In this document: piece after piece, positions 9,272-18,913 of the stretch
Layout of the letters: each line of letters opens with the position of its first letter
How positions within the stretch are numbered: position 1 is the stretch's first letter
Source of the DNA: Alphaproteobacteria bacterium GWF2_58_20
GTDB taxonomy: Bacteria > Pseudomonadota > Alphaproteobacteria > UBA1247
Length of the DNA: 64,000 bases
Assembly (NCBI GenBank): GCA_001768735.1
Contig: MEMB01000002.1
Span: forward strand, 699,031-763,030
Direction: 5' to 3'
Notes under the pieces: model-generated
What the model was told of the DNA's origin: nothing
Database searches by the model: none
What the model saw: only the letters and a program-made list of their open reading frames with translations
Position numbers and translations under genes: made by a program

Positions 9272-10126
9272 TCAGCTTGCATCCCCAAACAGGAAATCCA
9301 GAATACTTTCCGGATATTCGGCAACAAACTCCGCATCCACCTTGCTCAGGGTTTTCGCCTCCGCGCACATCCGCATAAAATAGGGATGCACCTTGTCGAG
9401 CACCTCAAGACGTTCCAGGATTTTCCTCCCCCAGGCCGCATAAATTCCCACGACGCCACACTTTCGCGCCATGGCCACATCCCGGATGGGATGGTCTCCC
9501 ACCATGACCGCCTGATCCGGACGCACCTTCATTTCCGCAAGAATGGCCTGCAGGATTTCCAAATGGGATTTCGGGCCATGTTCTGTATTGACAGCCATGC
9601 GCCTGGCAAAACTGCAAGTCCCTTCAAGAGATACATAACGCACAGGTTCATCCGGGCAGAAAGGGGCATCTTCCTCATCAGCCGCACAGACCAGATCAAA
9701 CAGGTGCCCAATCCCCAATTCTTCCATTTGGCGGAAAACCCTGGATGCAGACGCATCCGAATAACAGGCAAGGCGTACACCGCGCGCCCTGAGTCCCTCC
9801 AGCAGGAGGAAGATACCATCATATGGCTTCACAAAGCTTTGTAAAAGCTTTTCAAAAACCTCAACTTCCAGGGCATATCGCTGAACAAGGTCTTCCCCGG
9901 GATGGGCGGCCTTCAAAGCCGGATGGCAGGGGATGGCACAAGGATACTGGAACATGGTCGCGTGCTCGGCAAACACGCTCTGCATGCCGTTGATGATGTC
10001 CATTTGGGAAATGCCGCTGCTTGCAGAAAGATCACAAACGAGCCCCATAAAGGCACGATCATGCGCCCCGACATTCTCCCACAAGGTGTTGTCAAAATCA
10101 AAGACGGCAAGGCGGATATCACGCAT
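9272..10126 (-). CDS. HAD-superfamily hydrolase, tandem paralog 3
   Basis: The start was moved to the internal Met before RDIRLAVFDFDNTLW (ATG complement at 10124..10126), which gives 285 aa like the two siblings. Confidence 0.65.
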   Translation of the reverse strand: MRDIRLAVFDFDNTLWENVGAHDRAFMGLVCDLSASSGISQMDIINGMQSVFAEHATMFQYPCAIPCHPALKAAHPGEDLVQRYALEVEVFEKLLQSFVKPYDGIFLLLEGLRARGVRLACYSDASASRVFRQMEELGIGHLFDLVCAADEEDAPFCPDEPVRYVSLEGTCSFARRMAVNTEHGPKSHLEILQAILAEMKVRPDQAVMVGDHPIRDVAMARKCGVVGIYAAWGRKILERLEVLDKVHPYFMRMCAEAKTLSKVDAEFVAEYPESILDFLFGDAS

Positions 10127-10262
10127 GAGGGGGCTTTCCGGGCCAGGAGATGAAACGCAAGTCTGCAGTTTCCACATCGAAATCCTGTTTGGCAACCTAA
10201 AAACCAGCATAAAAAGGCTTGACCACACCTGCAGGACACATTATGAAAGTTCCCGGCTACTC

Positions 10263-10336
10263 GGCGCGGTGGCGGAGTGGTGACGCAGAGGTCTGCAAAA
10301 CCTCGTACACCGGTTCAATTCCGGTCCGCGCCTCCA
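10263..10336 (+). tRNA. tRNA-Cys (anticodon GCA)
   Basis: GGCGCGG...CCGCGCC acceptor stem plus CCA. Anticodon loop CTGCAAA. T-arm GGTTCAATTCC. Confidence 0.85.
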
Positions 10337-10408
10337 AGTTTTGCGGGATGCAAAAAACACTGGCAAATCCGTTTTGCCCCTGTTATAAGCTTCTCCGCTG
10401 CAAGGTGA

Positions 10409-10483
10409 TCCCCGGTAGCTCAGTGGTAGAGCAAGCGGCTGTTAACCGCTTGGTCGCTGGTTCGAATCCGGCCCGGGGAGCCA
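10409..10483 (+). tRNA. tRNA-Asn (anticodon GUU)
   Basis: TCCCCGG...CCGGGGA acceptor stem plus GCCA. Anticodon loop CTGTTAA. T-arm GGTTCGAATCC. Confidence 0.9.
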
Positions 10484-10490
10484 TTTTGTC

Positions 10491-10518
10491 AAAACCCGCC
10501 ACACCGGCGGGTTTTTTG
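10491..10518. terminator. rho-independent terminator after tRNA-Asn, probably bidirectional
   Basis: CCCGCC-acacc-GGCGGG stem followed by TTTTTT. Confidence 0.6.
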
Positions 10519-10536
10519 TTGCCTTCACAACAAAAA

Positions 10537-11520
10537 TTATGTCTTTTCAAGAACATAAAAACAACTACAGCCAAATGCGCTGAAGAAACGTTTGTGCGCA
10601 CAGAATTTTTCCAGCCACGCCAGAAATCCGAAAACCACCCGCAAAAAGCGCCCGGCACCGGGGCGATGCAGAATGGTGCTGGGAAGCAGGTTGGTCAAAA
10701 CATGCACGCCCATCTTTTCCCGCATCTGTAGGCCATTGATGGCAAGCATGGTTTCCAGCGCAGGAAGGGAAAACAGCCGCATGGGCAGGGACAGCTTCGA
10801 CCCATTTTTCATTTCAAACGGAAAATCCAGATGCAGATCGCATCCCGGCGGGGTGACAAGGTTACGCCAGGCGGTCTTGAAATCCTGTCCATAACCAAGC
10901 CGTCCCCCGATCAGGATATCAACAAACGGCCAGAGGATATCGGCATTCAAGCGCTGCTCAACCTCAAGAAACAGCAAACCACCCTTTTTCAGGGTCGAGG
11001 CCATGAGGGCCACAACCTTTTCCGGATCATCAACAAAACTCAGGACACTGCCACAACACACCACGGCATCCTGGCTTTCCAGAGGATAAAGAGACGGATC
11101 ACCGATATCACCAACCCTGAAAACCGGAGGAATGACAGGTTCTCTACGCATAGCCGCAGCTTGCCGGGAGATGGCGTCCATTTCTCGCTGCGCCGTGCCG
11201 TCATTCGTGGAAAAGAGGGGCACAGGCTCACCTTGCGCAAAAATCGGGTCCGAAGCTTTTTCCCGTGCCTGCTTCAGCAACTCATCCGCAAGATCAACCC
11301 CGGTTACGGCATAACCGGCCATGGCCAGAAGCATGGACTGGAAACCGGTACCGCATCCGGCATCAAGTGCCACACCGGCTTTTGGAGGAAGTCCGTGCAG
11401 GATTCCCGCATGCAGACGGTTAAAAAGGTGGGGATACCAAAGATCATCCAGCACATCATATTCTGTCGCCATGGCATTGTGTGCCATAGCAACGGAATCC
11501 TGCCGGAGGGACATTACCAC
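10537..11520 (-). CDS. class I SAM-dependent methyltransferase
   Basis: LDAGCGTGFQS glycine-rich SAM motif. The start codon is uncertain because there are several in-frame Met. Confidence 0.55.
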   Translation of the reverse strand: MVMSLRQDSVAMAHNAMATEYDVLDDLWYPHLFNRLHAGILHGLPPKAGVALDAGCGTGFQSMLLAMAGYAVTGVDLADELLKQAREKASDPIFAQGEPVPLFSTNDGTAQREMDAISRQAAAMRREPVIPPVFRVGDIGDPSLYPLESQDAVVCCGSVLSFVDDPEKVVALMASTLKKGGLLFLEVEQRLNADILWPFVDILIGGRLGYGQDFKTAWRNLVTPPGCDLHLDFPFEMKNGSKLSLPMRLFSLPALETMLAINGLQMREKMGVHVLTNLLPSTILHRPGAGRFLRVVFGFLAWLEKFCAHKRFFSAFGCSCFYVLEKT

Positions 11521-12176
11521 GCGTTGTCGTCTTCCGGCGGCAGGGTTTCATCCACAAGGCCATCCATTTCAAGCCGGTCAGGGTCGGAATAACCGCCTTC
11601 GGATACGGGGGGCAGTTGCGAAACCGGGTCCTGGGCCGTTGGTGCCTCGATTTGCGTTTTCTCCGGCAACAACTGGATCGGCTTTTCTGAAGAGGGGGCA
11701 TTGGTGGGAACCATTCCCTTCAGCAGTTCAGCCCCCGCAACCACAAAGGGGCGGGTTTTCGCCTGCATGAGCCAGGACGGCTGTTTTTCCTGCGGCCAGA
11801 GCCATGCCAGCGGCAAATAGATGAGACAGACGATGAGTGCGCCGCGCAGGACGCCAATCCCAAACCCCAGCGTACGGTCCAGCCCGGAGAGCGAGGTTTT
11901 GTGGATGGCATCGGAAATGCGGTGGATGATCATGGTGAAGATGACCATGCTCGCCACAAAAAGGACGGCACCACTGGCAATGGCGGCAATCCATTCCGTG
12001 GAAATGATTTCCATCATGTAAGGTTGCACAAAGGGAACGCCCAGCAGCATGACAAATACGGAACCGATGAAGGCTCCATAGGTCAGGACTTCGTGGGCAA
12101 ATCCCCTGGCAAAGGATACCAATGCCGAAACCAGCAAAATGCCAAGAACGATAAAATCAACGGCAATAGGGGTCAT
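11514..12176 (-). CDS. cvpA: CvpA family membrane protein (colicin V production protein)
   Basis: 220 aa with four or more TM helices and typical CvpA composition. It lies downstream of radA, as is usual in alphaproteobacteria. Confidence 0.7.
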   Translation of the reverse strand: MTPIAVDFIVLGILLVSALVSFARGFAHEVLTYGAFIGSVFVMLLGVPFVQPYMMEIISTEWIAAIASGAVLFVASMVIFTMIIHRISDAIHKTSLSGLDRTLGFGIGVLRGALIVCLIYLPLAWLWPQEKQPSWLMQAKTRPFVVAGAELLKGMVPTNAPSSEKPIQLLPEKTQIEAPTAQDPVSQLPPVSEGGYSDPDRLEMDGLVDETLPPEDDNAW

Positions 12177-12185
12177 GACACACCT

Positions 12186-13568
12186 TTATTCTTTTGCAAA
12201 AAGCGGCAGGAGATCAACCAGCAGGCCCAATTCGGAAACCATCATGCCGCCATTTTCCCGGGCCGTTTTCCCGCGGGAGCGCAGGGCACGCGGCACAAAG
12301 GCCCGGGTAAACCCAAGTTTGGCGGCTTCCTTGAGGCGCGCTTCAGCCTGGGAGGTGGCCCGCACCTCTCCCGCAAGCCCGATTTCCCCAAAAATGACCG
12401 CCTCGCGCGGCACAGGAACCCCGGAGAGCGCCGATACCAAGGCCGCAGCAACAGCCAGGTCTGCTGCGGGCTCCACAATCTTGAGGCCTCCCGCCACCGA
12501 CAGGTAAATGTCATTCATGCCAAACTGGACGCCACAGCGCGCTTCCAAAACAGCCAGCACCATGGCAAGCCGCGAAGAATCCCACCCCACCACCGCACGG
12601 CGGGGCGTTCCCAGCGGAGACGGCGCCACCAGTGCCTGGATTTCAACAAGAACAGGCCTTGTGCCTTCCATGCCCGCAAAAACCGCACCGCCGGCGACAT
12701 CGCTCCGACGTTCGGCCAGAAACATCTCCGACGGATTGGCCACTTCCCGCAGGCCCGCATCCGACATCTCGAACACGCCGATTTCATCGGTTGCACCAAA
12801 ACGGTTTTTCACCGCCCGCAGAATGCGGAACTGGTGACTGCGATCCCCTTCAAAATAAAGAACCGTATCCACCATGTGCTCCAGCACGCGGGGCCCGGCA
12901 ATGGCCCCTTCCTTGGTAACGTGCCCAACCAGGACAACACAGCATCCCGACTGTTTGGCATGGCGAATGAGTTCCTGAGCACTGGCCCGCACCTGCGCCA
13001 CCGAACCCGGCGCACTTTCCAGAGCATCCAGAAACATGGTCTGGATGGAATCAATGATGACAAGGCTGGTTTCGCCTTCGCTCTCCAATGTTGCCAGAAT
13101 ATCGCGGACACTGGTTGCCGAGGCCAGCTTCATGGCACTGTTCCCAAGGCCAAGCCTGCGCGCCCGCAACCGCACCTGCGCAACAGATTCTTCCCCGGAA
13201 ATATAGATACAGGGCTTATGCTGCGCCAGCGCACCTGCCGCCTGCAAAAGCAGGGTGGACTTTCCAATGCCGGGGTCGCCCCCCACAAGGATGGCCGCCC
13301 CTTCCACAAGCCCGCCACCCAAGGCGCGATCCAGCTCAACAATCCCTGTTTTCATGCGCGGAGCGGGTTCACTTGCCCCCGCCAGAGGCAACAGCTCTAT
13401 CCTGTTGCCGCCAATCCTGCGTTTTTCAATCTTGTTGGCCATCGCAATCGGAGCCGCTTCTTCCACCAGCGTATTCCATGCATGGCAGGCTTCGCAGCGC
13501 CCCGCCCATTTGGGAAAGCTTGCGCCGCACTCCTGGCAGACGAAATGAACAAGCGTCTTGGACATCAA
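12186..13568 (-). CDS. radA: DNA repair protein RadA/Sms
   Basis: N-terminal Cys4 zinc finger CQECGASFPKWAGRCEAC, Walker A GDPGIGKST, and a Lon-like C-terminal domain. Confidence 0.9.
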   Translation of the reverse strand: MMSKTLVHFVCQECGASFPKWAGRCEACHAWNTLVEEAAPIAMANKIEKRRIGGNRIELLPLAGASEPAPRMKTGIVELDRALGGGLVEGAAILVGGDPGIGKSTLLLQAAGALAQHKPCIYISGEESVAQVRLRARRLGLGNSAMKLASATSVRDILATLESEGETSLVIIDSIQTMFLDALESAPGSVAQVRASAQELIRHAKQSGCCVVLVGHVTKEGAIAGPRVLEHMVDTVLYFEGDRSHQFRILRAVKNRFGATDEIGVFEMSDAGLREVANPSEMFLAERRSDVAGGAVFAGMEGTRPVLVEIQALVAPSPLGTPRRAVVGWDSSRLAMVLAVLEARCGVQFGMNDIYLSVAGGLKIVEPAADLAVAAALVSALSGVPVPREAVIFGEIGLAGEVRATSQAEARLKEAAKLGFTRAFVPRALRSRGKTARENGGMMVSELGLLVDLLPLFAKE

Positions 13569-14359
13569 TCGTTCCGCACATGCATGTGAATGGGGCCGTC
13601 CGCCCGTCCATTGATGAACTGTTCCACATAAGGATTGCCGGATTTGTCAATCTCGGACACCGGCCCGGTCCAGACAATCTTGCCCTCATGCAGCATGGCC
13701 ACCCTGTCGGCGATCTTGCGCACGCTCGCCATGTCATGGGTGATGGATACGGCCGTAGCTCCAAGATCCTTTACGCATTTGCGGATAAGGTCGTTGATCA
13801 CGTCGCCCATGATGGGATCAAGCCCGGTGGTGGGCTCGTCAAAAAAGATGATCTCGGGATTGGTGGCAATCGCCCGGGCAAGCCCCACACGCTTTTGCAT
13901 GCCGCCAGAAAGCTCTGAGGGATAAAGCCTTGCCACCTCCGGCCCAAGCCCCACCTGCTCAAGCTTCCGCATGGCGATTTCACGCGCCTTGCCGCGTCGG
14001 ACGCCCTGGCTCTGCATCAGGCCAAAGGCCACGTTTTCCCACACGTTCAGGCTGTCAAACAGCGCGCCGCCCTGGAACAGCATGCCGAACTTGTGCATCA
14101 ACCGCTCACGCAAGCTGGTAGACAGCCCTATGGTTTCCGCGCCATCGATCTCGATGGCTCCTGCGTCCGGCCTCATGAGCCCGAGAATGCATTTAAGGGT
14201 TACAGACTTGCCCGTTCCAGACCCGCCGATGATGACCATCGATTCGCCCGTTGCGACATCCAGGGTTATGCCATCAAGAACCTTTTTGTGCCCAAATGAC
14301 TTGGACACGTTCTTCATGCGGATCTTCACGGCCCCGTTTTTTAAATGGCTCTTGTTCAT
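13565..14359 (-). CDS. mlaF: ABC transporter ATP-binding protein, MlaF-like
   Basis: Walker A GGSGTGKS, signature LSGGMQKRVGLARA, Walker B IIFFDEPTTGLD. The start was set at the ATGA overlap with the upstream permease gene. Confidence 0.8.
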   Translation of the reverse strand: MNKSHLKNGAVKIRMKNVSKSFGHKKVLDGITLDVATGESMVIIGGSGTGKSVTLKCILGLMRPDAGAIEIDGAETIGLSTSLRERLMHKFGMLFQGGALFDSLNVWENVAFGLMQSQGVRRGKAREIAMRKLEQVGLGPEVARLYPSELSGGMQKRVGLARAIATNPEIIFFDEPTTGLDPIMGDVINDLIRKCVKDLGATAVSITHDMASVRKIADRVAMLHEGKIVWTGPVSEIDKSGNPYVEQFINGRADGPIHMHVRND

Positions 14360-15174
14360 CAGGAGAAAAACACCTGTGTTACGATATAGTTGGAAATGAG
14401 AATGAGGATGGAGGCCGATACCACGGCATTGGTTGTCGCCGATCCGACTCCCTGCGCCCCGCGCGGGGAATTGTACCCGAAATAACACCCCATGATGCCG
14501 ATGATGAAACCGAAAACGCCAGCCTTCACCAGGCCAGAGGTAATATCAACCGGTTCAAGATATTGCCAGGTGCGATGCAGGTAGGTGGCGGCATTGAAAT
14601 CGAGGTTGTAAACCCCGATGAGGTAACCACCAAACACGCCGATGATGTCGCCGATCAGAACCAGGATGGGCAGCACGATGACCGAAGCCAGAAGCCGTGG
14701 CGCCACAAGGTATTTGAAAGGATTGGTGGACAGGGTTTCCAGCGCGTCGATCTGCTCTGTCACCCGCATGGTGCCAATTTCGGCTGCCATGGCCGCGCCC
14801 ACACGTCCGGCCACCATGAGCCCCGCCATGACCGGCGCAAGTTCCCGGGTAATGGACAGGACAACCACCGTGGCCACCGAGCTTTCCGCCTGGAAACGCG
14901 CAAATCCGGTATAACTTTGCAGCGCCAGCACCATGCCGGTAAACAGCGTGGTCAGGGCCACCACCGGCAGCGAATAATAACCAATTTCCATAAACTGGCG
15001 GCCAAAGTTCCGGAAATAAAACGGGGGCCGCACACAATGCGACATCGCCTTGAAAGTAAAGATGGACAACCGTCCGGTCGCTCCCAGGAAATTCATGGCT
15101 GTGCGCCCGACCGCTGCAACCACATTGGCGGGCGGATTACGGTTGCCGTTCAGGTAACCTGCAAAATTGTTCAT
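14359..15174 (-). CDS. mlaE: ABC transporter permease, MlaE-like
   Basis: 271-aa polytopic membrane protein. The N-terminal half (residues 1-125) is recognisably MlaE/YrbE-like, and the gene is translationally coupled to the ATPase. Confidence 0.75.
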   Translation of the reverse strand: MNNFAGYLNGNRNPPANVVAAVGRTAMNFLGATGRLSIFTFKAMSHCVRPPFYFRNFGRQFMEIGYYSLPVVALTTLFTGMVLALQSYTGFARFQAESSVATVVVLSITRELAPVMAGLMVAGRVGAAMAAEIGTMRVTEQIDALETLSTNPFKYLVAPRLLASVIVLPILVLIGDIIGVFGGYLIGVYNLDFNAATYLHRTWQYLEPVDITSGLVKAGVFGFIIGIMGCYFGYNSPRGAQGVGSATTNAVVSASILILISNYIVTQVFFS

Positions 15175-16301
15175 GTTTCCTGCCTTCCACTTCCAATATA
15201 TGTCCTGTGGTGGTGCGCACCAAGCCCCACCATGACTTCAAACGCAATGGTTCCCGCCTGCCGGGCCACATCATCAACCAGGGCGTGATGCCCTAAAATC
15301 TCAACCCAGCATCCGGGCCGCACCAGCGAATCATCCACATCTGTCACATCCAGCATGATGTGTTCCATGCACACCCGGCCAACCACCGGAACCCGGACAT
15401 CTCCCACAAACGCGCCTCCGGCCTTTCCAAACGCACGCAGGATTCCATCAGCATACCCTGCATCCACCGTTGCAACCCGCATCCGTGACGGCGCACGGTA
15501 TTCCGCACCGTACCCTACCGGCATGCCCCTGTCCACCTCCCGCACCTGCAAAATGCGGGCCCGGAAGAACATGACAGGACGCATGGGATTGGGCGCTCCC
15601 TGAACCTGGTTGCTGCCATACATGGCCCCCCCCGGGCGTACCATGCGGAAATGATACCCATCACCAAGAAAAATACCTGCGGAATTACCCAGGCTGATGA
15701 GCGGCTTTTCACTGTCCGCCCCGACACCCAGTTTTGCAAGGGCCGCGACAAAACGCGCCCGCTGCTCAATGTTTTCAGGTGCCAACGCATCCCCGGCACA
15801 GGCCAGATGGCTCATCACAACCTCAAGATCAATGCCGCAAAGCCCTTGGGGATCCTGTGCCAGCTTTTCCACATCTTCTGCTGAAAGGCCCAGTCGATTC
15901 ATCCCTGTATCCACCTGAAGGATGGCGGAAAGGGAACATCCCAAAAGACGGGCATGCTGTCGCCAGCACGCCACCTCATCAAGGCTGTTGAGGACAGGCA
16001 TGGCCCCAATGTCCGAGAACAGTTTCTCCATTCCGATGACAAGGCCATTCAGGACGGCAATCCGCGCATCGGGCAGGATGACGCGCAAAGCCTGTGCCTC
16101 TTCAAGCCGGGCAACAAAAAACCAGCGGCAACCTTCCCGCCAAAGCACGGGCGCAACAGCCTCCATGCCCAGACCATAGGCATCCGACTTCACCACGGCC
16201 GCGCAGGCAGCCTGCCCCGCTTTTGCGCGCAGGAAACGGTAATTCGCAGCCAATGCTGCGAGGTCAACAATCAACTCTGCGCCGGAGCGTTCCCCTGACA
16301 T
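15171..16301 (-). CDS. alr: alanine racemase
   Basis: AVVKSDAYGLG pyridoxal phosphate-lysine motif. The start was trimmed to the Met of MSGERSG (377 aa). Confidence 0.85.
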   Translation of the reverse strand: MSGERSGAELIVDLAALAANYRFLRAKAGQAACAAVVKSDAYGLGMEAVAPVLWREGCRWFFVARLEEAQALRVILPDARIAVLNGLVIGMEKLFSDIGAMPVLNSLDEVACWRQHARLLGCSLSAILQVDTGMNRLGLSAEDVEKLAQDPQGLCGIDLEVVMSHLACAGDALAPENIEQRARFVAALAKLGVGADSEKPLISLGNSAGIFLGDGYHFRMVRPGGAMYGSNQVQGAPNPMRPVMFFRARILQVREVDRGMPVGYGAEYRAPSRMRVATVDAGYADGILRAFGKAGGAFVGDVRVPVVGRVCMEHIMLDVTDVDDSLVRPGCWVEILGHHALVDDVARQAGTIAFEVMVGLGAHHHRTYIGSGRQET

Positions 16302-16308
16302 GGGGACA

Positions 16309-16767
16309 TCAGGCCCGAGGGGCAGGCGCCGGTGAAGGCATATGGCCTGCAGCTTTTTCACGCGCCATGCGGGAAGAGCGGACATCCGCCATTTTCTTCA
16401 GGAAAGCGACAACATCCCCATTCGGTGCAAGCTCTAACGGCGTGCGGTTCTTCTTGTCCTGCGCCAGAATGTCCCCGCCAATTTCCATGAGATTGAGGGC
16501 AAGAACCGGATTGTTGCGGGCCACGGCATAATGCAATGGCGTCTGTCCGGACTTGTCGCATGTATTGGCAGAAGCGCCACGACTTGCCAGCCAACCGGCA
16601 AGGCCGCAATCGTCCATCACCACCGCCATGTGCAGAACGGACACCCCCGAAATGCAGCTGTTCGGATTGATCCCCATGCCAAGGATTTTTTCCATCAAAG
16701 AAAAATTGCGCGCCTTTGCACCCGCAACCAGTGCCATTTCCATTTCTTTTTTATCTCGGCTATTCAT
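16309..16767 (-). CDS. small ankyrin-repeat protein
   Basis: GQTPLHYAVARNNPVLALNLMEIGGDILAQDKKNRTPLELA is an ankyrin consensus. The start was chosen downstream of the dnaB stop; an alternative Met lies at 16794. Confidence 0.5.
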   Translation of the reverse strand: MNSRDKKEMEMALVAGAKARNFSLMEKILGMGINPNSCISGVSVLHMAVVMDDCGLAGWLASRGASANTCDKSGQTPLHYAVARNNPVLALNLMEIGGDILAQDKKNRTPLELAPNGDVVAFLKKMADVRSSRMAREKAAGHMPSPAPAPRA

Positions 16768-16771
16768 GTTT

Positions 16772-18241
16772 TTATCCCCTGTAATCCCGTTCATCCTGGT
16801 CAAGATCCGCAAAATGCGTCCTTGCGGCATCAAAGAACAATTCCACCCCCCCTGTGGGGCCGTGACGCTGCTTGGAGATGAAGACCTCGGCCTTGTTGTG
16901 GGCCTTGGAACACCGCTCACTCCATTCTCTCCGGCGGTCCTCAAACCGCTCGTCACTTTCTTCCGCCCGCTTGATCGGTTCGGCGGCCTGCAGGTAATAT
17001 TCCTCACGGTAGATGAACATCACCACGTCCGCATCCTGCTCGATGGAACCGGATTCACGCAAGTCCGAAAGCTGGGGCCGCTTGTCTTCCCGGCTTTCCA
17101 CCGCACGACTGAGCTGTGACAGCGCGATCACCGGAACATTCAGCTCCTTGGCCAACGTCTTGAGGCCGCGGCTGATTTCCGAAATTTCCTGCACGCGATT
17201 TTCATTTTTACGCCCTGCCGAGCCATTGAGCAGCTGCAAATAGTCAACAATCAGGAGGCCATGCTTGGCCCGCGACTGCCGCATCATGCGTCGCGCCCGT
17301 GTGCGCAGGGCCGCAATGCTGAGCGCAGGTGTGGCATCCACAAAAAACGGAAGTTCCATCAGCGTCTTGCTGGCTTCAACAATCCCGCCAAAATCCGATT
17401 CCGCAATATCGCCGCGCCGGATACGATCGGAACTGACGCCGGAAATTTCTGCCAAAATACGCAAGGCCAGCTGTTCAGCCGACATTTCCAGCGAAAAGAA
17501 CATGACCGCAGCGCCTTCATCACCTTCCGATGCCTTGTAGGCCTTGGCGGCATTGAATCCGATATTGGTTGCCAGTGCGGTTTTACCCATGGCAGGACGC
17601 GCCGCCAGGATGAGCAGGTCGGAGGGATGGAGGCCACCAAGCCTCCGGTCCAGATCCCGCAAGCCCGTGGTCACGCCGGTTACATGGTTCTGACGGCGGA
17701 AGGCGGCGCTGGCCATGTCGAGCGCAGCTTGTGCCGAAGTATCCAGCCGAACGAACCCGCCCGATTGGTCTCCAAGGGTGGCAAGTTCGTAAAGCCGTTT
17801 TTCTGCCACCTCAATCTGTTCAGTGGCCGAACCATCCAGATCGTGCTTTTGTGCTTCAGACGAAATCTCCCCCCCCAGCGAGATCAGTTCCCGCCGCAAG
17901 TGAAGATCATAAAGAATGCGCCCATAATCCTCGACACTGACCAGCATCACCACCGATGCTGCCAGATCCACAAGGTAATGGGCCCCGCCAACTTCGCTCA
18001 GGGCGTCATCATTTGCAAAAAAGGCCTTGAGCGTAATCGGGGTGGCCAGCTGCCCGCGTTCCACCAGACGGAAAATGGCATCATAAATCCGGCCATGAAC
18101 CGGATTGAAGAAATGCTCCGGACGCAAAAATTCCGAAACCTTTTCCAGGCTCCTGTTGTCCACCAGCAGGGCGCCAAGAAGGGCCTGTTCGACTTCCTCA
18201 TTCTGAGGCATGACAATGGTGGCTGGTGTTTCCTGCATCAC
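16772..18241 (-). CDS. dnaB: replicative DNA helicase DnaB
   Basis: Walker A GKTALATN and DnaB C-terminal motifs (SGSIEQDADVVMFIYRE). Confidence 0.9.
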   Translation of the reverse strand: MMQETPATIVMPQNEEVEQALLGALLVDNRSLEKVSEFLRPEHFFNPVHGRIYDAIFRLVERGQLATPITLKAFFANDDALSEVGGAHYLVDLAASVVMLVSVEDYGRILYDLHLRRELISLGGEISSEAQKHDLDGSATEQIEVAEKRLYELATLGDQSGGFVRLDTSAQAALDMASAAFRRQNHVTGVTTGLRDLDRRLGGLHPSDLLILAARPAMGKTALATNIGFNAAKAYKASEGDEGAAVMFFSLEMSAEQLALRILAEISGVSSDRIRRGDIAESDFGGIVEASKTLMELPFFVDATPALSIAALRTRARRMMRQSRAKHGLLIVDYLQLLNGSAGRKNENRVQEISEISRGLKTLAKELNVPVIALSQLSRAVESREDKRPQLSDLRESGSIEQDADVVMFIYREEYYLQAAEPIKRAEESDERFEDRRREWSERCSKAHNKAEVFISKQRHGPTGGVELFFDAARTHFADLDQDERDYRG

Positions 18242-18331
18242 GTTTCCTCAAAAATGTACGAAAAGGGCCGCCCGTTTTTTACCGGGCGTCCCTCTTCATA
18301 TCATGCACGTCACTCAAGGGGGAAACCAAAA

Positions 18332-18913
18332 TCAGGCTTCGGTTTCCACCTTGTCATCCGAAACGACTTCGATGACCTCAACGAGGGTCTCTTCCTCCGC
18401 CGGAATCTTTTCTTCCGGCTGGGAGACAAGGGCAACGCCCTTTTCCCACTGGGTCTTCGCTTCATCTTCCGAACGCGCAACATTCACCGTCACCACAACC
18501 GAAACTTCCGGGTGCAGGGCGATTTCCATCGGGTACAGGCCAAGCATCTTGATTGTCTGGTTCAGGCGAACCTGCTGCCGTTCAATCGTGAATCCGGATT
18601 CCGTCACCGCAATCTCGATATCGCGGGCAGAAACGGATCCATAAAGATGACCGCCTTCAGCTGCCTGACGAATGACATTGACGACAATGGCATCCATTTT
18701 CTTCGCCACAGCTTCCGCTTCATGACGTTTTTTCAGGTTGACCGTTTCGAGCTGGGCCCGGCGCGTTTCAAACGCCTTCTTGCTCTCGTTGGTCGCCCGC
18801 AGGGCTTTCCCCTGCGGCAAAAGGTAATTGCGTGCGTAGCCGGGTTTCACCGACACGATATCGCCCATCTGACCCAGATTGGGCACACGCTCAAGAAGAA
18901 TCACGTCCATCAT
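18332..18913 (-). CDS. rplI: 50S ribosomal protein L9
   Basis: [36 protein letters not shown], with the extended C-terminus usual in alphaproteobacteria. Confidence 0.85.
   Translation of the reverse strand: MMDVILLERVPNLGQMGDIVSVKPGYARNYLLPQGKALRATNESKKAFETRRAQLETVNLKKRHEAEAVAKKMDAIVVNVIRQAAEGGHLYGSVSARDIEIAVTESGFTIERQQVRLNQTIKMLGLYPMEIALHPEVSVVVTVNVARSEDEAKTQWEKGVALVSQPEEKIPAEEETLVEVIEVVSDDKVETEA

Noticed and set aside
6094-10483. Prophage or integrative element at the tRNA cluster
   Set aside because: There is no integrase, recombinase, phage structural gene or repeated tRNA 3' end. Only the islet-like gene content was recorded as a finding.
11901-13589. 562-aa plus-strand ORF
   Set aside because: It is entirely antisense to radA and cvpA. 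The translation is low-complexity and Arg/Gly/His-rich, typical of spurious antisense ORFs in GC-rich DNA.
18262-18300. Possible terminator downstream of rplI
   Set aside because: The stem is imperfect (GGGaCGCCCG / CGGGCGgCCC) with an interrupted T-tract. It is too weak to call.
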